From: Octopus sinensis
Taxonomy: Eukaryota
Assembly: GCF_006345805.1 (NCBI RefSeq)
Contig: NC_043000.1
Coordinates: 124,434,001-124,498,000, forward strand
Direction of reading: 5' to 3'
Length of the DNA stretch: 64,000 nt
Shown here in pieces: positions 1 to 13,545 of this stretch (position 1 is the stretch's first letter; every line of letters begins with the position of its first letter). The notes under the pieces were generated by a model that was not told where the DNA came from, did not search any database, and worked only from the letters and a program-made list of their open reading frames with translations. A program made the translations under genes and the position numbers.

Positions 1-451
1 AAAACACATAATTTACATACATTAAAAAAAAAAGGTTTGTTAGTATATTTCTGTACAAACACACAATCATACACTTATTCAAGAGACACATTATTAGTAG
101 GTATTATGAATTACATAACATTAACACCCGACTATTGTTTCATTTTTATATTTTACATCCATAGTCCACTAAAGCCAAAACAAAACATTGATATTTAACA
201 AAGAAACAAAAGAAAGAAATTGATGAAAATGGTAAATTTGCTGTAAGACTTTTAGATCAACAGAAAAAAAATTTCATATTCACATATTTATTAATGGTAG
301 CTTATTTAGAGGGGAAAAAAATCATTGATTGTGCATATGCAAAATATTTGACAAAATGGCAACTGATAGAGAGCACTCGCTGCATAAGAATTGCGAGAAC
401 GAGAGAGGTAATGGCAGATGAAATGGGATCTAAAAGAAGTAAATTACTTAC

Positions 452-560
452 AAGTTGTATTCTGGAATGACATAGAACACCCAAGTCTATTTTCTTAGTG
501 TTTGGTTTAAAACATTTCGAATTTTCACAAGAACATTTATCACCAGGAATTTTTCTATAT
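452..560 (-). CDS. SORT1: Sortilin exon: YRKIPGDKCSCENSKCFKPNTKKIDLGVLCHSRIQL (canonical TM/cytosolic exons presumably beyond the window start)
   Basis: gcag/gtaagt; phase 2-0; hallmark YRKIPGDKC motif. Confidence 0.96.
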
Positions 561-1002
561 CTGCAAGAAATGGAAACAAAAACGGCTTTACATTTAAGAA
601 AGACATATCTTTTTTATTTTTTACTTGTTTCAGTCTGCAGCCATGCTGGGGCACCACCTTAAAGGATCTTAGTCAAATGAATCAACCTCAGTACTTCTTT
701 TTTCTAAAGCCTGATATTATTCTATCAGTCTCTTTTGCTGAACTAAGATAAAGGCACATAAACATCAATGCCAGTTGTCAAGTGGTAGATGGGGACAAAC
801 ACACACACAAACATACAATAAACTTCTTTCAGTTCCTGTGTACCAAATTCACTCACAAGGCTTTGGTTGGCCTGAGGCTATAGTAGAAGACACCTGCTCA
901 AAGTTCCTTTCAATGGGACTGAACCCAGACCATGGCGCTGGGAAGCAAGCTTCTTACCACACAGCTATGCCTGAAGAGTATATTTTATAGTATCTGATTT
1001 AA

Positions 1003-1208
1003 TCCTTTAATAGTCAGCTCTGTCAAATGAAAAGCTTACTTATTCACATTGTTTTGAATTAATCATGCATTATCTCATGGTTACAATATCTTGATGATGT
1101 GATTCTTAATTTTCTAGAATGATATTGTAGGGCAGGTGTGCAAGGCTGGATCTGACTGCTTTGAACATAGAACATGGAAAATATTTTGGCTGGATGTGGC
1201 CAGTTTAA
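1003..1208 (+). mobile_element. piggyBac-like MITE remnant abutting a SORT1 donor
   Basis: starts after TTAA (999-1002); related inverted fragment at about 15380-15500. Confidence 0.5.
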
Positions 1209-1214
1209 ACTTAC

Positions 1215-1325
1215 CCTTCACTAACTATTTTCTCTTCATGACCTCGTATACATATATCTATATCCCGACCAACTGGAACACCTCGCTTGCAATTCTGATT
1301 CATATCAGCTTCATAACCATAGTCA
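1215..1325 (-). CDS. SORT1: Sortilin exon (10CC region): DYGYEADMNQNCKRGVPVGRDIDICIRGHEEKIVSEG
   Basis: ctag/gtaagt; phase 2-2; resembles CDFGY...FCLYGREEHLTTNG. Confidence 0.95.
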
Positions 1326-2698
1326 CTAGAATAAAATAAAATATATAATATTCATAAATGATGGTAATGCAGGACACAGATGTGTTATTGTTGATTACTG
1401 ATGTGTTCTAAAGCTACAGTATTGGTTTCTACAACAAGAATTAAACTATCATTCAAGACAAGATTCTTTGTAATAGTATCATCTCTATGGTCTGTATCTT
1501 GGAAGAAATTCAAACAGAATCTTTTCTTTTTTTCTATAATTTTTATTTTAATTTTACTGTTATCAATGGAGAATGGAGTAAGTGGAGCAAGAACACATTT
1601 AAATGAAAAATGTTGGTGAAGAGGTCACAGATGTGTGACGAAAGATTTGTGGACAATGGACATGAGCTAAAATAATACAATAAAAACAGTAATAAACGAG
1701 TGAAGAAAAAAAATATATAGTGCATGTGTTTATTTGGTAAAAAAAAAAAGGGAAATGACCATCACAAAATACAATGTGCACATCGATATGCATAGTAAAT
1801 CCCTACAGTCCTTCTAAACTTCCCTCAGGTTGGGTAACCATATATCTCCTTTGCAGCAGCACATCTGTTTCTGTCCTCATTGCTAATCTCTCTCTCTCTG
1901 GCCAGGTAACCTGTTTCTGTCTCTCTCTGTCTCACTATAACCTTTCATCATCTGACACAAGATCATCTCCTCCAATGCCCCCTACCCATTCAAAAGATTT
2001 TTGTCTTATAGGTTACTTGGTGATCCTGTCAGTGCAAACGCCACTTAGAAAGCATCCAGTCTACACTGTAACGTGGTTGATGTTTGGAAGCTGTAAAAAC
2101 CTTGTCAAAACTGACCTCACCTGTGCTTGTGCCACGTACAAAGCACTAAGTCCACTAAGCTTGGTGGTTGGTATTAGGAAGGGCATCCAGCTATAAAAAT
2201 CCTCCCAAAATAGTTATAGAAGTCTGGTCAGGCTTCTGCCAAACCATCCTACCCATGCCAATATGGAAGGCAGACGTTAAACAATGATGATGATGATGAT
2301 ACCATCCTACCCATGCCAATATGGAAGGCAGACGTTAAACAATGATGATGATAATGATGATAATAAATATATATATATATATATATATATTCTAACCACT
2401 GGGTTCATGGCCTAGAGGATAGGGTGGTGCACTCACGATCATAAAGTTGTGGTTTCAATTCCCGGACTAGGTGGTACATTGTGTTCCTGGGCAAAATACT
2501 TCACCTCTTGTTGCCCTGCAATCACTTTGACACTTGATATGTGGTACATTGTGCACCTGTTCAGGTAACATTGATTTGATGGAGGGAGTGAGCTAATGTA
2601 CTGCACATACATTTGATCACCATAAACAAATTATTTGTGCAGGTCATTCAACAAAAACTGAACCCTCATACCTTGTCTTTAACAGGAGATTCCGTCAC

Positions 2699-2750
2699 TC
2701 ACACACACACACACATATATGTATGTGTGTATGTATATATATATATATAT

Positions 2751-2793
<43 letters not shown>

Positions 2794-2800
2794 TATATAC

Positions 2801-2849
<49 letters not shown>

Positions 2850-2891
2850 CACATATATATATATATATACATACACATATATGTATGTGTG

Positions 2892-2941
<50 letters not shown>

Positions 2942-2961
2942 CATATATATACATATATATA
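2699..2961. repeat. Compound (AC)/(AT)n microsatellite
   Basis: direct reading. Confidence 0.98.
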
Positions 2962-3485
2962 TCATCATCATTTAATGTCCGCCTTCCATACTAGCATGGG
3001 TTGGACGATTTTGACTGAGGGCTGGCAAACCAGACGGCCGCACCAGGCTCCAATTTTGATCTGGCAGAGTTTCTACAGCTGGATGCCCTTCCTAACGCCA
3101 ACCACTCTGAAAGTGTAGTGGATGCTTTTTATGTGCCACCAGCACGGGGCCAGTCAAGTGGTACCGGCAATGACCTCACTCGAATCTTTTTACACATGCC
3201 AGTAAGACGACGTTGGTAACGATCACGCTCGAATGATGCCCTTTTATGTGCTGCCAGTACGGAGCCAGTTGGCTGCTCTGGCAATGATCACGCTCGGATG
3301 GTGCTCTTGGCACCCTATATATATATAGAAAGAGAGAGAGAGAGAGAGAGAGAGAAAGGGAGAAAGAGATATTCATAATTTCTGTGTGTTTGCACATAGG
3401 CGTTATGTGTAATATATTGTAATAAGCATAACAAAATACTGACTTGTAAAAATGATAAATATTTATAGACGAAATGTTTACTAAC

Positions 3486-3560
3486 CATTGATAATCTGAC
3501 CGTGTACACGGACACACTTTTGTTTCATTCTTATTTATATGATTGTGGCCGTTGTAACAC
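3486..3560 (-). CDS. SORT1: Sortilin exon (10CC region): CYNGHNHINKNETKVCPCTRSDYQC
   Basis: gtag/gttagt; phase 2-2; C-x-NG...C-x-C-x3-DY-x-C pattern. Confidence 0.95.
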
Positions 3561-5694
3561 CTACAAGACAGATAAATTATCAAACAATAATAGTTAGGAG
3601 AAATGAACAAGAAAATATTTTTGAATAGAGAAAAAAAAAGGCCAAAATAAATTTAAAAAAAAAAACTATTAAATTTCAGCTTCTTTTAAAGTTTAGTCAG
3701 TATACATTACTTACTAAAGGTCACCAAAATTAGTTGAGGAGCGGAGGTAGAGAAAAAAAAAGAAAATAAAACCAAGAGTTTTGGGTTGCTAAAGTAACAT
3801 GTAGAAAATCAGAATATCAAGATGTCCTCCAGCCTGAACTGTGTTAATGCTAAAAGCATTTGATGAGCAAAAGCAGTGGAGTTAAGTGACAATATTAGGT
3901 CAATCACCCAAAAATAGGTACAATATCACAAGCTTCTGCAAAAGTTCTGTCTACACTGTCTTGGATGTAAGGGTATGTATGTAGACACATACTTAACACT
4001 GCCTACCATAGGAGTCACTGGTGATCCCTTAAGCTATAGTCTTAATATACCATGGGAGTCACTGGTGACTCCCAGTGGCAATATCTTTTTGCAGAGCCTT
4101 ACATTGCTGTAGTTCAAACTACATTATTTAAATCTTAAGAAATGTACAGAATGCATGTTTCTTTGTTTCTCAGATGGTTTTGAATTTGAAACAATAGAAG
4201 CTGAGATAGAACATAGAAGGGTGCAAGTCACTGACATCTCCATATATGGAGTGCTGCCCTCTATGAAATAATTTTTGTGAAAAAGGAGCCATTAAGACTT
4301 ACATAAGATGATCTGTAAAAAATTATAACTGGGAAAAGAAAATCCCAAAATGGAAGTATAATGGACATTTTAACACTTTAATGTGTTTCACTGATGACTA
4401 CTACAGTACAGAATGAATATATTTGTTTTGTATTACAAAACTCATATGTGGTACCCATGCTATGAATAAACATGGTACTTTTTTACTTGTTTCAGTCATT
4501 TGATTGTGGCCATGCTGGAGCACCGCTTTTAGTCGAGCAAATCAACCCCAGGACTTATTCTATCGGTCTCTTTTGCTAAACCGCTAAGTTACGGGGACGT
4601 AAACACACCAGCATCAGTTGTCAAGCAATGTTGGGGGAACAAACATATACACACACATACATATATATATATATGATGGGCTCCTTTCAATTTCGCTCTA
4701 TCAAATCCACTCACAAGGCTTTGGTCGGCCTGAGGCTATAGTAGAAGACACTTGCCCAAGGTGTCACGCAGTGGGACTGAACCCAGAACCACGTGGATGG
4801 TAAGTAAGCTACTTACCACACAGCCACTCCTGTGCCTATGGTAGTTGATATAGTTTTTTAAAAAATTAGAGAAACACCCCACCAACAAAAAACACAATTT
4901 ATAACAATATTAGACCACTGATGCAAAAGAAATCATGGTGTAATATAGGGTTGAGTGCCACACAGTGGGATCAAACCAGGAACCAAATGGTTACAAAGTA
5001 AATCTCTTAATTACATGCCCATGTAATCAAAAACAGAAAAATGGGTGGGGTGAGAATAAAACTCAACTGCCCTGGGTTAATTAGTGGGCAACATCAATTG
5101 ACACCTGAGAGTCTACTTTGTCAAATGTATCTAAGTTTAAGTGGCTGTTATTAATGGGAGAAATTCGCAACTGGAATGTTTATACAGAAATGGGAAAAGA
5201 TTTTCTGACTTTCCCTCACCATCAGATGAGGTAGATGATGCTCTAAGTAGCACAGAAGAAAGTAATGATTCAACCAGATCTGGATGCACCAATTTTTCTC
5301 CATTTGTACATTCATTTGACAACAACAATAACATAGGAATCTCACATGAATTTATGTTCAAATGATTTTGTTGCTCTTTTGTATTTTTTATATATATAAT
5401 CTAAGAGAATCAAAATATCATTTTCATAGTTTCTGTACCTATTTAAAGTGAAATTAAGTATAACTATTACCCTTAAATAAAAAAAAAAAGATGTATTTTT
5501 TCCTCTTTGCTCACTTGTCACACACACAAGCAATGGTTTCCTGCCATTTAAGGGTTAATAACTGATCCAATCAATCTGCAGTTTTAGATGCAGAGACAGT
5601 CATACTGGCAAATTATTAAATGGAACAGATATTATTTTCATTCTCAGATGCAGTTTCAATTTACTATAGTGCTTCAAATAATGAAACCATTTAA

Positions 5695-6770
5695 CCCTTT
5701 CGTTACTATATTTCTGACCAAAATACACCCCTTATGTGTTTCAATTAATTTCTAACGTAATCATAAATTTAGTCTGGTTTCATTAAGCAACTATAACTTT
5801 TTTATTTATCAATAAATTAACGTGAATCTTGGAAGATAATTTAATGAAATGTTCTCAACCAATTCTATACTATAATTTTTGTCAGAAAGTGACTCTAATT
5901 GCAGGTAGATACAGGTAAATTCAACAAAATATAAAATTATTAAAATTTTGTTCAAACATCGCTATAGAAAATGGGTTATTAGCTAATATTCAATTGGGTA
6001 TACAACAAAATTTTACGATAGAATTTGTTATTCTGGGTAACTTTCTGATACCCATAATAATATTTATGGCAAAATAGTCTTAATTTCATTTAAGGTTATG
6101 GGAAACCACTAACTATCCTTTCTTTCGTTTTGTTTACATTTAGCGTAACGGTTCGTTTCCACCGTAATGAGTTCAAATAGGCTCATTCGAAAAAGTAAAA
6201 AGAAATAGTCTAAGGCTTTACTCTTCTGGGAAAGTCTGTGGCTTGGTCCAGTTTCTTCAGAAAAATCACCGAAAGAAACAGTTTTTAAATTTTCACTCCA
6301 TTCGGGTGCCAATTCATTTTCTGTATCGCTGTCGGAGCTCTCGGATTCACTGTTTTCACTTTCGGAAAATGAAACATCAGATTCATTATCAAATACCACG
6401 TGCTTTTTTTTTTCAGTCATAGAGTTAGATTTATAAAGGTCTTCAGTAGAAAATCCTTCGAATTCTGACTCGCTGCTTGATATAATGAAATTCGTATCCA
6501 TTTTTTGTCAGAATTACAAATTTTGAAAACACAATAGGAACAAATTTCAGAGAAAAATCTCCCAAAATTAACGGAATTAAAATTACACTTCGATTTTTCT
6601 ACAAAACTGTAGTTGAACTCTTTACGAAGTATAATAGGTGTTTTCACGAATGTACTAAAGAGATTTGCTCTGATATTCTCATTTAAATATGAATAGGTAA
6701 ATTCGGACGGTTTTGGGCGGTTTGGTCACATTAAACAAAATTTTTTTCGGGTGGTTTGGTAACGAAAGGG
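5695..6770 (-). mobile_element. Non-autonomous piggyBac (PGBD4-like) element with a truncated transposase N-terminus (6109-6501)
   Basis: TTAA on both sides; TIR CCCTTTCGTTAC/GTAACGAAAGGG; acidic N-terminus followed by ALDYFFLLF...ETNRYA typical of piggyBac. Confidence 0.93.
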
Positions 6771-7286
6771 TTAAAGAAATATTGAGTTGTCAAATACTAT
6801 TTTTCTCCCATTTATTTTAACTCTGTAATGTTATCTGAATTAACATGAAAAATATTTCTATCAAAGAATTCTGTTCTTTTTTCCCCTTGTAGCATAATTC
6901 TTCCTCTACCACTTTTATTTGTCATTTTTGAAATTTGAATAAATTTTACCTTATTTCAGACATCGGATGATGTAGTGCCAAATAGAACAAAAATAACCAA
7001 ATTTATCTAACAGCCCAATAATAGGAATAAATCTTAATAAAAAATGAAAAGATTTAGTTTCTAAATGTGTAGTATAATGATAAATAGTATATCAATTAAT
7101 TATTAATATATATCTACAAAGACTTCAACAATTATATTAAAATATGAACTTTGCATTTTGTTCATCAGATGTCAATTCCAAAGAGTAAGGTATATAAAAA
7201 CAAATTTCTTTTAAGTGTAGTCATTAAACTGTAGAGAATAAAATATTTTCTTCTAAAAAAAAAAAAATCAAAGTACTAAGTTTTAC

Positions 7287-7407
7287 CAAGATTCCGGACG
7301 GAGCTGGTAAAATGAAGTCTTTAAACCAAGTAAACATCCTGTATTTTCTTCTGTGTTCTTCCAACGTGAACTGTGAGCAAGCCAAAGTTTGTAGTCTGAT
7401 TCTTGAC
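7287..7407 (-). CDS. SORT1: Sortilin exon (10CC region): CQESDYKLWLAHSSRWKNTEENTGCLLGLKTSFYQLRPESW
   Basis: taag/gtaaaa; phase 1-2; resembles DYTIWLAHS...GCILGYK. Confidence 0.93.
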
Positions 7408-9328
7408 CTTAACGTAAGAGAAAGGAGAAATCAGAAATAAAACATAAAAACAGGGAGACACAACTAAAAGTCAATTATTTTGTTTTCCATGCTAGCGTGG
7501 ATAAGACAAAATTTGTTGAGGCAGATTTACTACAGCTGGTTGCGCTTCCTGTTACCAACCCTCAGCTCTTTCCAACCAAGCTAGTATTTTCCCATCAGAT
7601 GTTTTTCACAGAATACTGGAAACAAACCACTTTACTTGTAAGCTGATGATTCTCATTTACAGTCATCAAGTGTTTAACAAGGGTAGACACAAGCACAAAA
7701 TATATACACATTACATATATGCTTCTTTCAGCCATTATCTACCAAATCCACTCACAACGCTTTGGTCAGTCCAGGGCTATATTAGAAGACACTTTCTCAA
7801 AGTGCTATGCAGTGGGACTGAACCCAAGACCAAATGGTTGCCAAGCAAGCTTCTTAACCACACAGCCATGCTTGTGCATTTATTTAAAATTTCCTTAATT
7901 TCCTATACAAGCTTTTATTTCCATTCAATATTTTTTAATAATTTCTGCCCCCAAATTCAAGTATTCCTTTTTAAAAATTGATTTTTAATATTTATTCTCT
8001 TCTCTCACCATATTCCATTTATATAATCTATGACGGAGTTTATCAGTAGTCAACTGATATGCTAGAAATAGCAATCTCCCTCAAAACTGAGCCTACTGTT
8101 TAATCACAGCTCCATCTGATCAGAGCTAAGAGCTTAATGTCCAGATAACTGGGATTTTCAATATTAGGAAATCCAATTCTAAAACTAATTAATGCAAAAA
8201 AAAAAAATGGTGACAGCTGGCACACTGGTCAATTGGTAAAAAAGTTGACCGAGAAAGATAAATCAATATCAACCACACAGTGGAGAGCTGGCAGGACTGT
8301 TAGCATGCTGGGCAAAAATGCCTTACATCCTTTCAGCCTAGGTACCTTATACACAGTACTAGCACAGGTGACTGATACCTGGCACAGGTGCTTAAAAAAA
8401 AAGCATAAATCTTTTAGCTTCAATAATACTCTTTGCTGGTGACACGTAAAAAGCACCATTTGAGCATGATCGTTACCAGCATCGCCTTACTGGCACGTAA
8501 ACAAAACATTTGAGCGAGGTTATTGCCAGTGCCGCTGGACTGACTCCTGTGCAGGTGGCACATAACAAACACCATTTGAGTGTGGCCGTTGCTAGTACCA
8601 CCAGACTGGCCCTCGTGCCGGTGGCACGTAAAAGCACCCACTACACTCTTGGAGTGGTTGGTGTTAGGAAGGGCATCCAGCTGTAGAAACTCTGCCAGAT
8701 CAGATTGAAGTCTGGTGCAGCCATCTGGTTAGCCAGTCCTCAGTCAAATCATCCAACCCATGCTAGCATGGAAAGCGGACGTTAAATGATGATGATGGTG
8801 ATGTACAGAGTAGTGGACAATGATATTAGCGAGTCACTGTATTGTTGCTTGGCCTACTAAAAACAACAGTTAAATTTCCCTTATCTTAGTCTCAGACACC
8901 ATAAGAAAACAGGATGGTTGCTGGTTGAACATTTGCTGGATCAGAGCTGATGCAGTGTTAAAGAACAATGACAGCAACCAGTTCTACAAAATGCAAACGT
9001 ACTCCACATAGCATACACAGCATCAACCAAGATAATAAATGCCCACAACAAAACTACAATGGAAAAATATTTTAAGATACAGCAGAATATATGGGTGCAA
9101 ACACAGATGTGGGGTAAGAAGTTTGTTTCCCAAGTACATGGTTTTGTGTCCAGACGCCACTAGTGTGACACCTCAGACAAGTGTCTTCTACTATGATCTC
9201 AAGCTGATCAAAAACCTTGTGAGTAGATTTGGTGGATAAAAACTGAAAGAGGTCCATCATAATACACACACATACAAATATATGCATGTGTGGGTCTCAT
9301 GGAAGCAAAGTAGCCAAGCTCCTGGGCC

Positions 9329-9470
9329 ACATGGAGGCAAAGTGGTTGAGTTCCTTTCGAGTGTTGGGCTTCATGGAGGTGAGGCGGCTGAGTTTCTTTT
9401 GAACAGGCCTCATGAGGTGAGGTGGCTGAGTTCCTTTCAAGTGTTGGGCCTCATGGAGGCAATGACCAAA
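9329..9470 (+). repeat. ~40-bp minisatellite, about 3.5 units
   Basis: catggagg...gtggctgagttcctttc.agtgttgggcct repeated. Confidence 0.8.
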
Positions 9471-10269
9471 ACCTTTGGCATAGCCAAGCAAAATCGCAGT
9501 CATGGCAGATACTGATGTCATGCAAATGGCACCTGTTCTGGTGGCATGTAAAGGCATCTATTACACTCTAAGGGTGGTTGGCATTAGGAAGGGCATCCAG
9601 CCATAGAAAACCATGCCAAATTAAACTGAATCCTGGCACAGCCTTCCAGCATGCCAGCCCAATCAAATTGTCCAATCCATGCCAGCATGGACAATGGACG
9701 TTAAATGATGATGATGATGAGTTACTGTCTCCTAGCCTGGATATTATAATAGTTGTAAATGTGTGTCATTGTCATTCAAGTGGTGTCCTTGTGCCATGGG
9801 GAAATATTACCTTGCTTGGCAACAGGAAATGCAACTGGTCACAAAAATCTGCTTCAACAAATTCCACCCAACCCAAGCAAGCAAGGAAAAGTAGCCGTTA
9901 ACCCTCCACCTGGCCTGCTGTGTATTATGTGATACAAAGAACATATGATAAACATTCATAATTATTTTTCGTCACTAAAGTAACTCAGGACTTATGAAAG
10001 AAAAGCTTTGTATTACTGAAAACATATGGATCAATGGCGAACTAAAAGTCTGAAAATAAACATGGATGTTTAGGAAAAACTTAAATGCTTTGGATAAGCA
10101 AATGTTAAAATGATGCAAAAATACAGTAATGCAAACACTGATGACCTAAAAAACAACTATAGGAAGCTTACAAAAGAAAGAAAGAAACAAACAAACAAAC
10201 AAACAAAAACAACTACATTCTTACATTACAAAGTGCACCTATATATCAATAATTGAAAACCATACTCAC

Positions 10270-10543
10270 ATTTTTGATGGATAACATTTCTGAAGTCAAT
10301 AATATGCACCTTCCATTTGCTATCAGATTGACGGAATCCCCAGATGCTAACAGACATTGATTGAGAACCTGGTTCTGTAAGCAGACCAGTAAAACTGATG
10401 TTCTCATTAGTAAATTTGTAGTCATGCCAACAATGTCCTTCATCGGTTGAGAATCTGATATACTTTGGAAATTTCTCAGAAGGAACAGCCACTAAGAGGC
10501 CTCCGCTATCAGCAATTTGATAATGGTGAGCTTTATCAAGAGC
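10270..10543 (-). CDS. SORT1: Sortilin exon: ALDKAHHYQIADSGGLLVAVP...RFSTDEGHCWHDYKF...TEPGSQSMSVSIWGF...IDFRNVIHQK
   Basis: ttcag/gtgagt; phase 0-1; strong match to KFSTDEGQCW and SEPGARSMNISIWGF. Confidence 0.97.
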
Positions 10544-11065
10544 CTGAAATTAAACAAACATTACAGATGAAGAACACCTATGACAAGAGTGAAGGCTCAT
10601 TAACGATGGAGAAGCATAAAAGTCATTGCCATCATCATTTATTGTCCGTTTTCCATTCTGGAATGGGTTGGATGATTTGACAAGAGCTCTAGATGAGTGT
10701 CACTCTCATATAAGCACTGTTATTCATTTCCAGTATTCTGTGAAAACATGTCTGGTTATGGTAAAATGCTACCTTGCTTGGAAACAGGTGAATGCTGGAA
10801 ACAAGAAGAGCATCTATCCATAGAAAATCTACCTCAATAAACTCCATCAGACCCATGCAAGCATGGAAAAGATGTCAAAACAATGATGATGATGACATAT
10901 TGTTACCATTAACTGTAATTTATACTTTAATCAAGCCTTGATAGGTTAGTGTTAAAATTACTAAATTAACTCATTATCCCAATAATAACTATCTTAAATC
11001 TGACACAATACACCTCATTGCTGTTGAAAATAAAAATGCAAAATAAATATGTTATCCTTACTTAC

Positions 11066-11142
11066 TTTATGCCATTTATAACCACCATCACTGGAGACAA
11101 AAACATCAGGTTCAGTGATCTGCGAATTATTTGCTACATGAC
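11066..11142 (-). CDS. SORT1: Sortilin exon: GHVANNSQITEPDVFVSSDGGYKWHK
   Basis: ttcag/gtaagt; phase 1-0; resembles PDVYISDDGGYSWTK. Confidence 0.96.
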
Positions 11143-12929
11143 CTGAAAACACAAAAAAGTTTGGCATGTAAAATGTATTATATCTAAAAATTATCACTTT
11201 AAATTGACTGCTATTTTACGAAACAGAGGAAACAATGCAAGATGTACTAGAATTAGGATGCATAATAAATGACATAGATTCTGTGCACAATGATAAACAC
11301 TAGGTGATGTGGATACCACAAGCAACAGTGAAAACAGGTCACCTAGGAGAATAGCAACTCTGAAAACAGCTGATAAAATATAGAACTCTTTAGTCCCTGC
11401 AAGAGGTGAACTCCAGTACTGGTGACACAATACAATAAAGCCAGTCCACATTGTGAAGTGGTTGGTGCTAGGAAGTGTATCAAGCTGTAAATCATCACTT
11501 CCATCATCATTTAACAACCATTTTCCATGCTGGCATGGGTTGGACAGTTTGACAGGATCTGGTGAGCCACACTGAGCTCCAGTGTCAGCTTGACATGGTT
11601 TCATGCCTTTCCTAACACCAATCACAGTGTGTACTTGGTACTTTTTTCAAGCCACCAAGTAACTTGCAAGACAAAAATAAGAAAAAGGCCAGCCCAACTA
11701 AGGAGGGGTAGTAGTGGCTTTATTCAAGATGTTGAGAGAATATGTATTAAGCTTAAAAAGAATAAGTTCTAGCGTCTTTTTATTCAATCAAGTCCTTGAA
11801 GGTGGTGCCCCAGCATAGGGACAGAACAATGACTGAAAGAAGTAAAAGAATAAAGAAAGAATGTGTTGTCTTTCATACTTATAAATATAACCTGAGAATT
11901 TTGACTATCTTGTGAGCAAGTGAAACCATATGAAATCATGTTTGTCAATTCTGCTTCCACAATATTTCTTAAACATTAATGGTTGCAGCAATGAGAAACA
12001 AAAGAAGTGGTTATGATTGAAAGAAGAAAAAGGCAGTAAAAATTTTTTAAAAAGCCCTAAAACATAATATGAAATGCAGAAAAATTCATCATCATCATCA
12101 TTTAACATCCACTTTTCATGCTGGCATGGGGTGGATGGTTTGGCCGAAAACTGGTGAACCAGGTTCCGATCTGATTTGGCAAGGTTTCTATGGCTGAATA
12201 CTCTTCCTTCTGCCAATCATTCCAAGAGTGTAGCGAGTGTTTTTTATGTGCCTGACACCAGCATTGGCCATGACTACGGTTTCACTTAGCTTGACAGGGC
12301 TACATAAGCAAGGCATATTGCCAAAGGTCTTGGTCACCTGTCACTGCCTCCATGAGACCCAATGTTCAAATGGTGCTTTTTACACGCCACCAGCATGGGT
12401 GCCAGTTAGATGCCACTGGCATTGGCCATGACTATGATTTCACTTGGTTCGACAAGTTATCAAGAGCACAGCATATTGCCCAATGATTGAAGGGTGTTTT
12501 TAACAGGCTAGTTACACGACACTGGCATCAGCCACAACTACGATCTCACTTGGCTTGATATCACTGTCTTCATGAGCCCAACACTCAAACAGTGCTTATT
12601 ACGTGCCAGTCAGACAGCACTGGCATTGGCCACAACTTTATGAGTTGAAACTACAGAAATAAATACTGTTTTAAAGTAATTCAAATTAAAATCTTCCAAC
12701 AAAATTCCATACTAATTTATGTTCCAAACACCAGCTGAATAATAAAGAGGTTGTTTTAACAGAATCATCTTTATTTTCAAAATTTATAGGAGTGGCTGTG
12801 TGGTAAGTAGCTTGCTTACGAACCTCATGGTTCCGGCCCACTGCGTGGCACCATGGGCAAGTATCTTCTACTATAGCCTCGGGCTGACCAAAGCCTTGTG
12901 AGTGGATTTGGTAGACGGAAACTGAAAGC

Positions 12930-13545
12930 CAAATGAGACCATAACCTGTGGCCCATGCCAGGAGCATAGCCAGCCCACTTATGTGTACCTTTTCCTTCCT
13001 TGGACACTAAACTCTGCTTGCGAAGACCTGTTGGGGCAAGTGAAATCAAAATCAGAATCACATTTGATGGCTGGCATCCGTACTAGCGGGGTGCAAAGAG
13101 CACCATACGAGCGTGCGAGTGTGATCGTTACCAGCGTCGCCTTACTGGCACTTGTGCTTGTGCTAGTAGGGTGCCAAGAGCACCATCCGAGCGTGATCGT
13201 TACCAGAGCAGTCAACTGGCTTCCGTGCCGGTGGCACGTAAAAGGGCATCTTTCGAGCATGATCGTTACCAACGTCGCCTTACTGGCACCTGTGCTGGTG
13301 GGATGTGTAAAAAGATTTGAGCGAGGTCGTTGCCTGTACCACCTGACTGGCCCCGTGCCGGTGACACTTAAAAAGCACCCACTACACTCACGGAGTGGTT
13401 GGCGTTAGGAAGGGCATCCAGCTGTAGAAACTGCCAAATCAAGATTGGAGCCTGGTGCAGCCATCTGGTTCGCCAGCCCTCAGTCAAAATCGTCCAACCC
13501 ATGCTAGCATGGAAAGCGGACGTTTAACAACGATGATGATGATAT
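12930..13545 (+). mobile_element. 5'-truncated RTE 3'-UTR copy nested inside a SINE
   Basis: homologous to 55930-56545; ends in (GAT)n; SINE head to its left and SINE tail to its right. Confidence 0.85.

Noticed and set aside
2613-3118. Several 77-120 aa ORFs rich in Y/I
   Set aside because: Translations of an (AT)n microsatellite.
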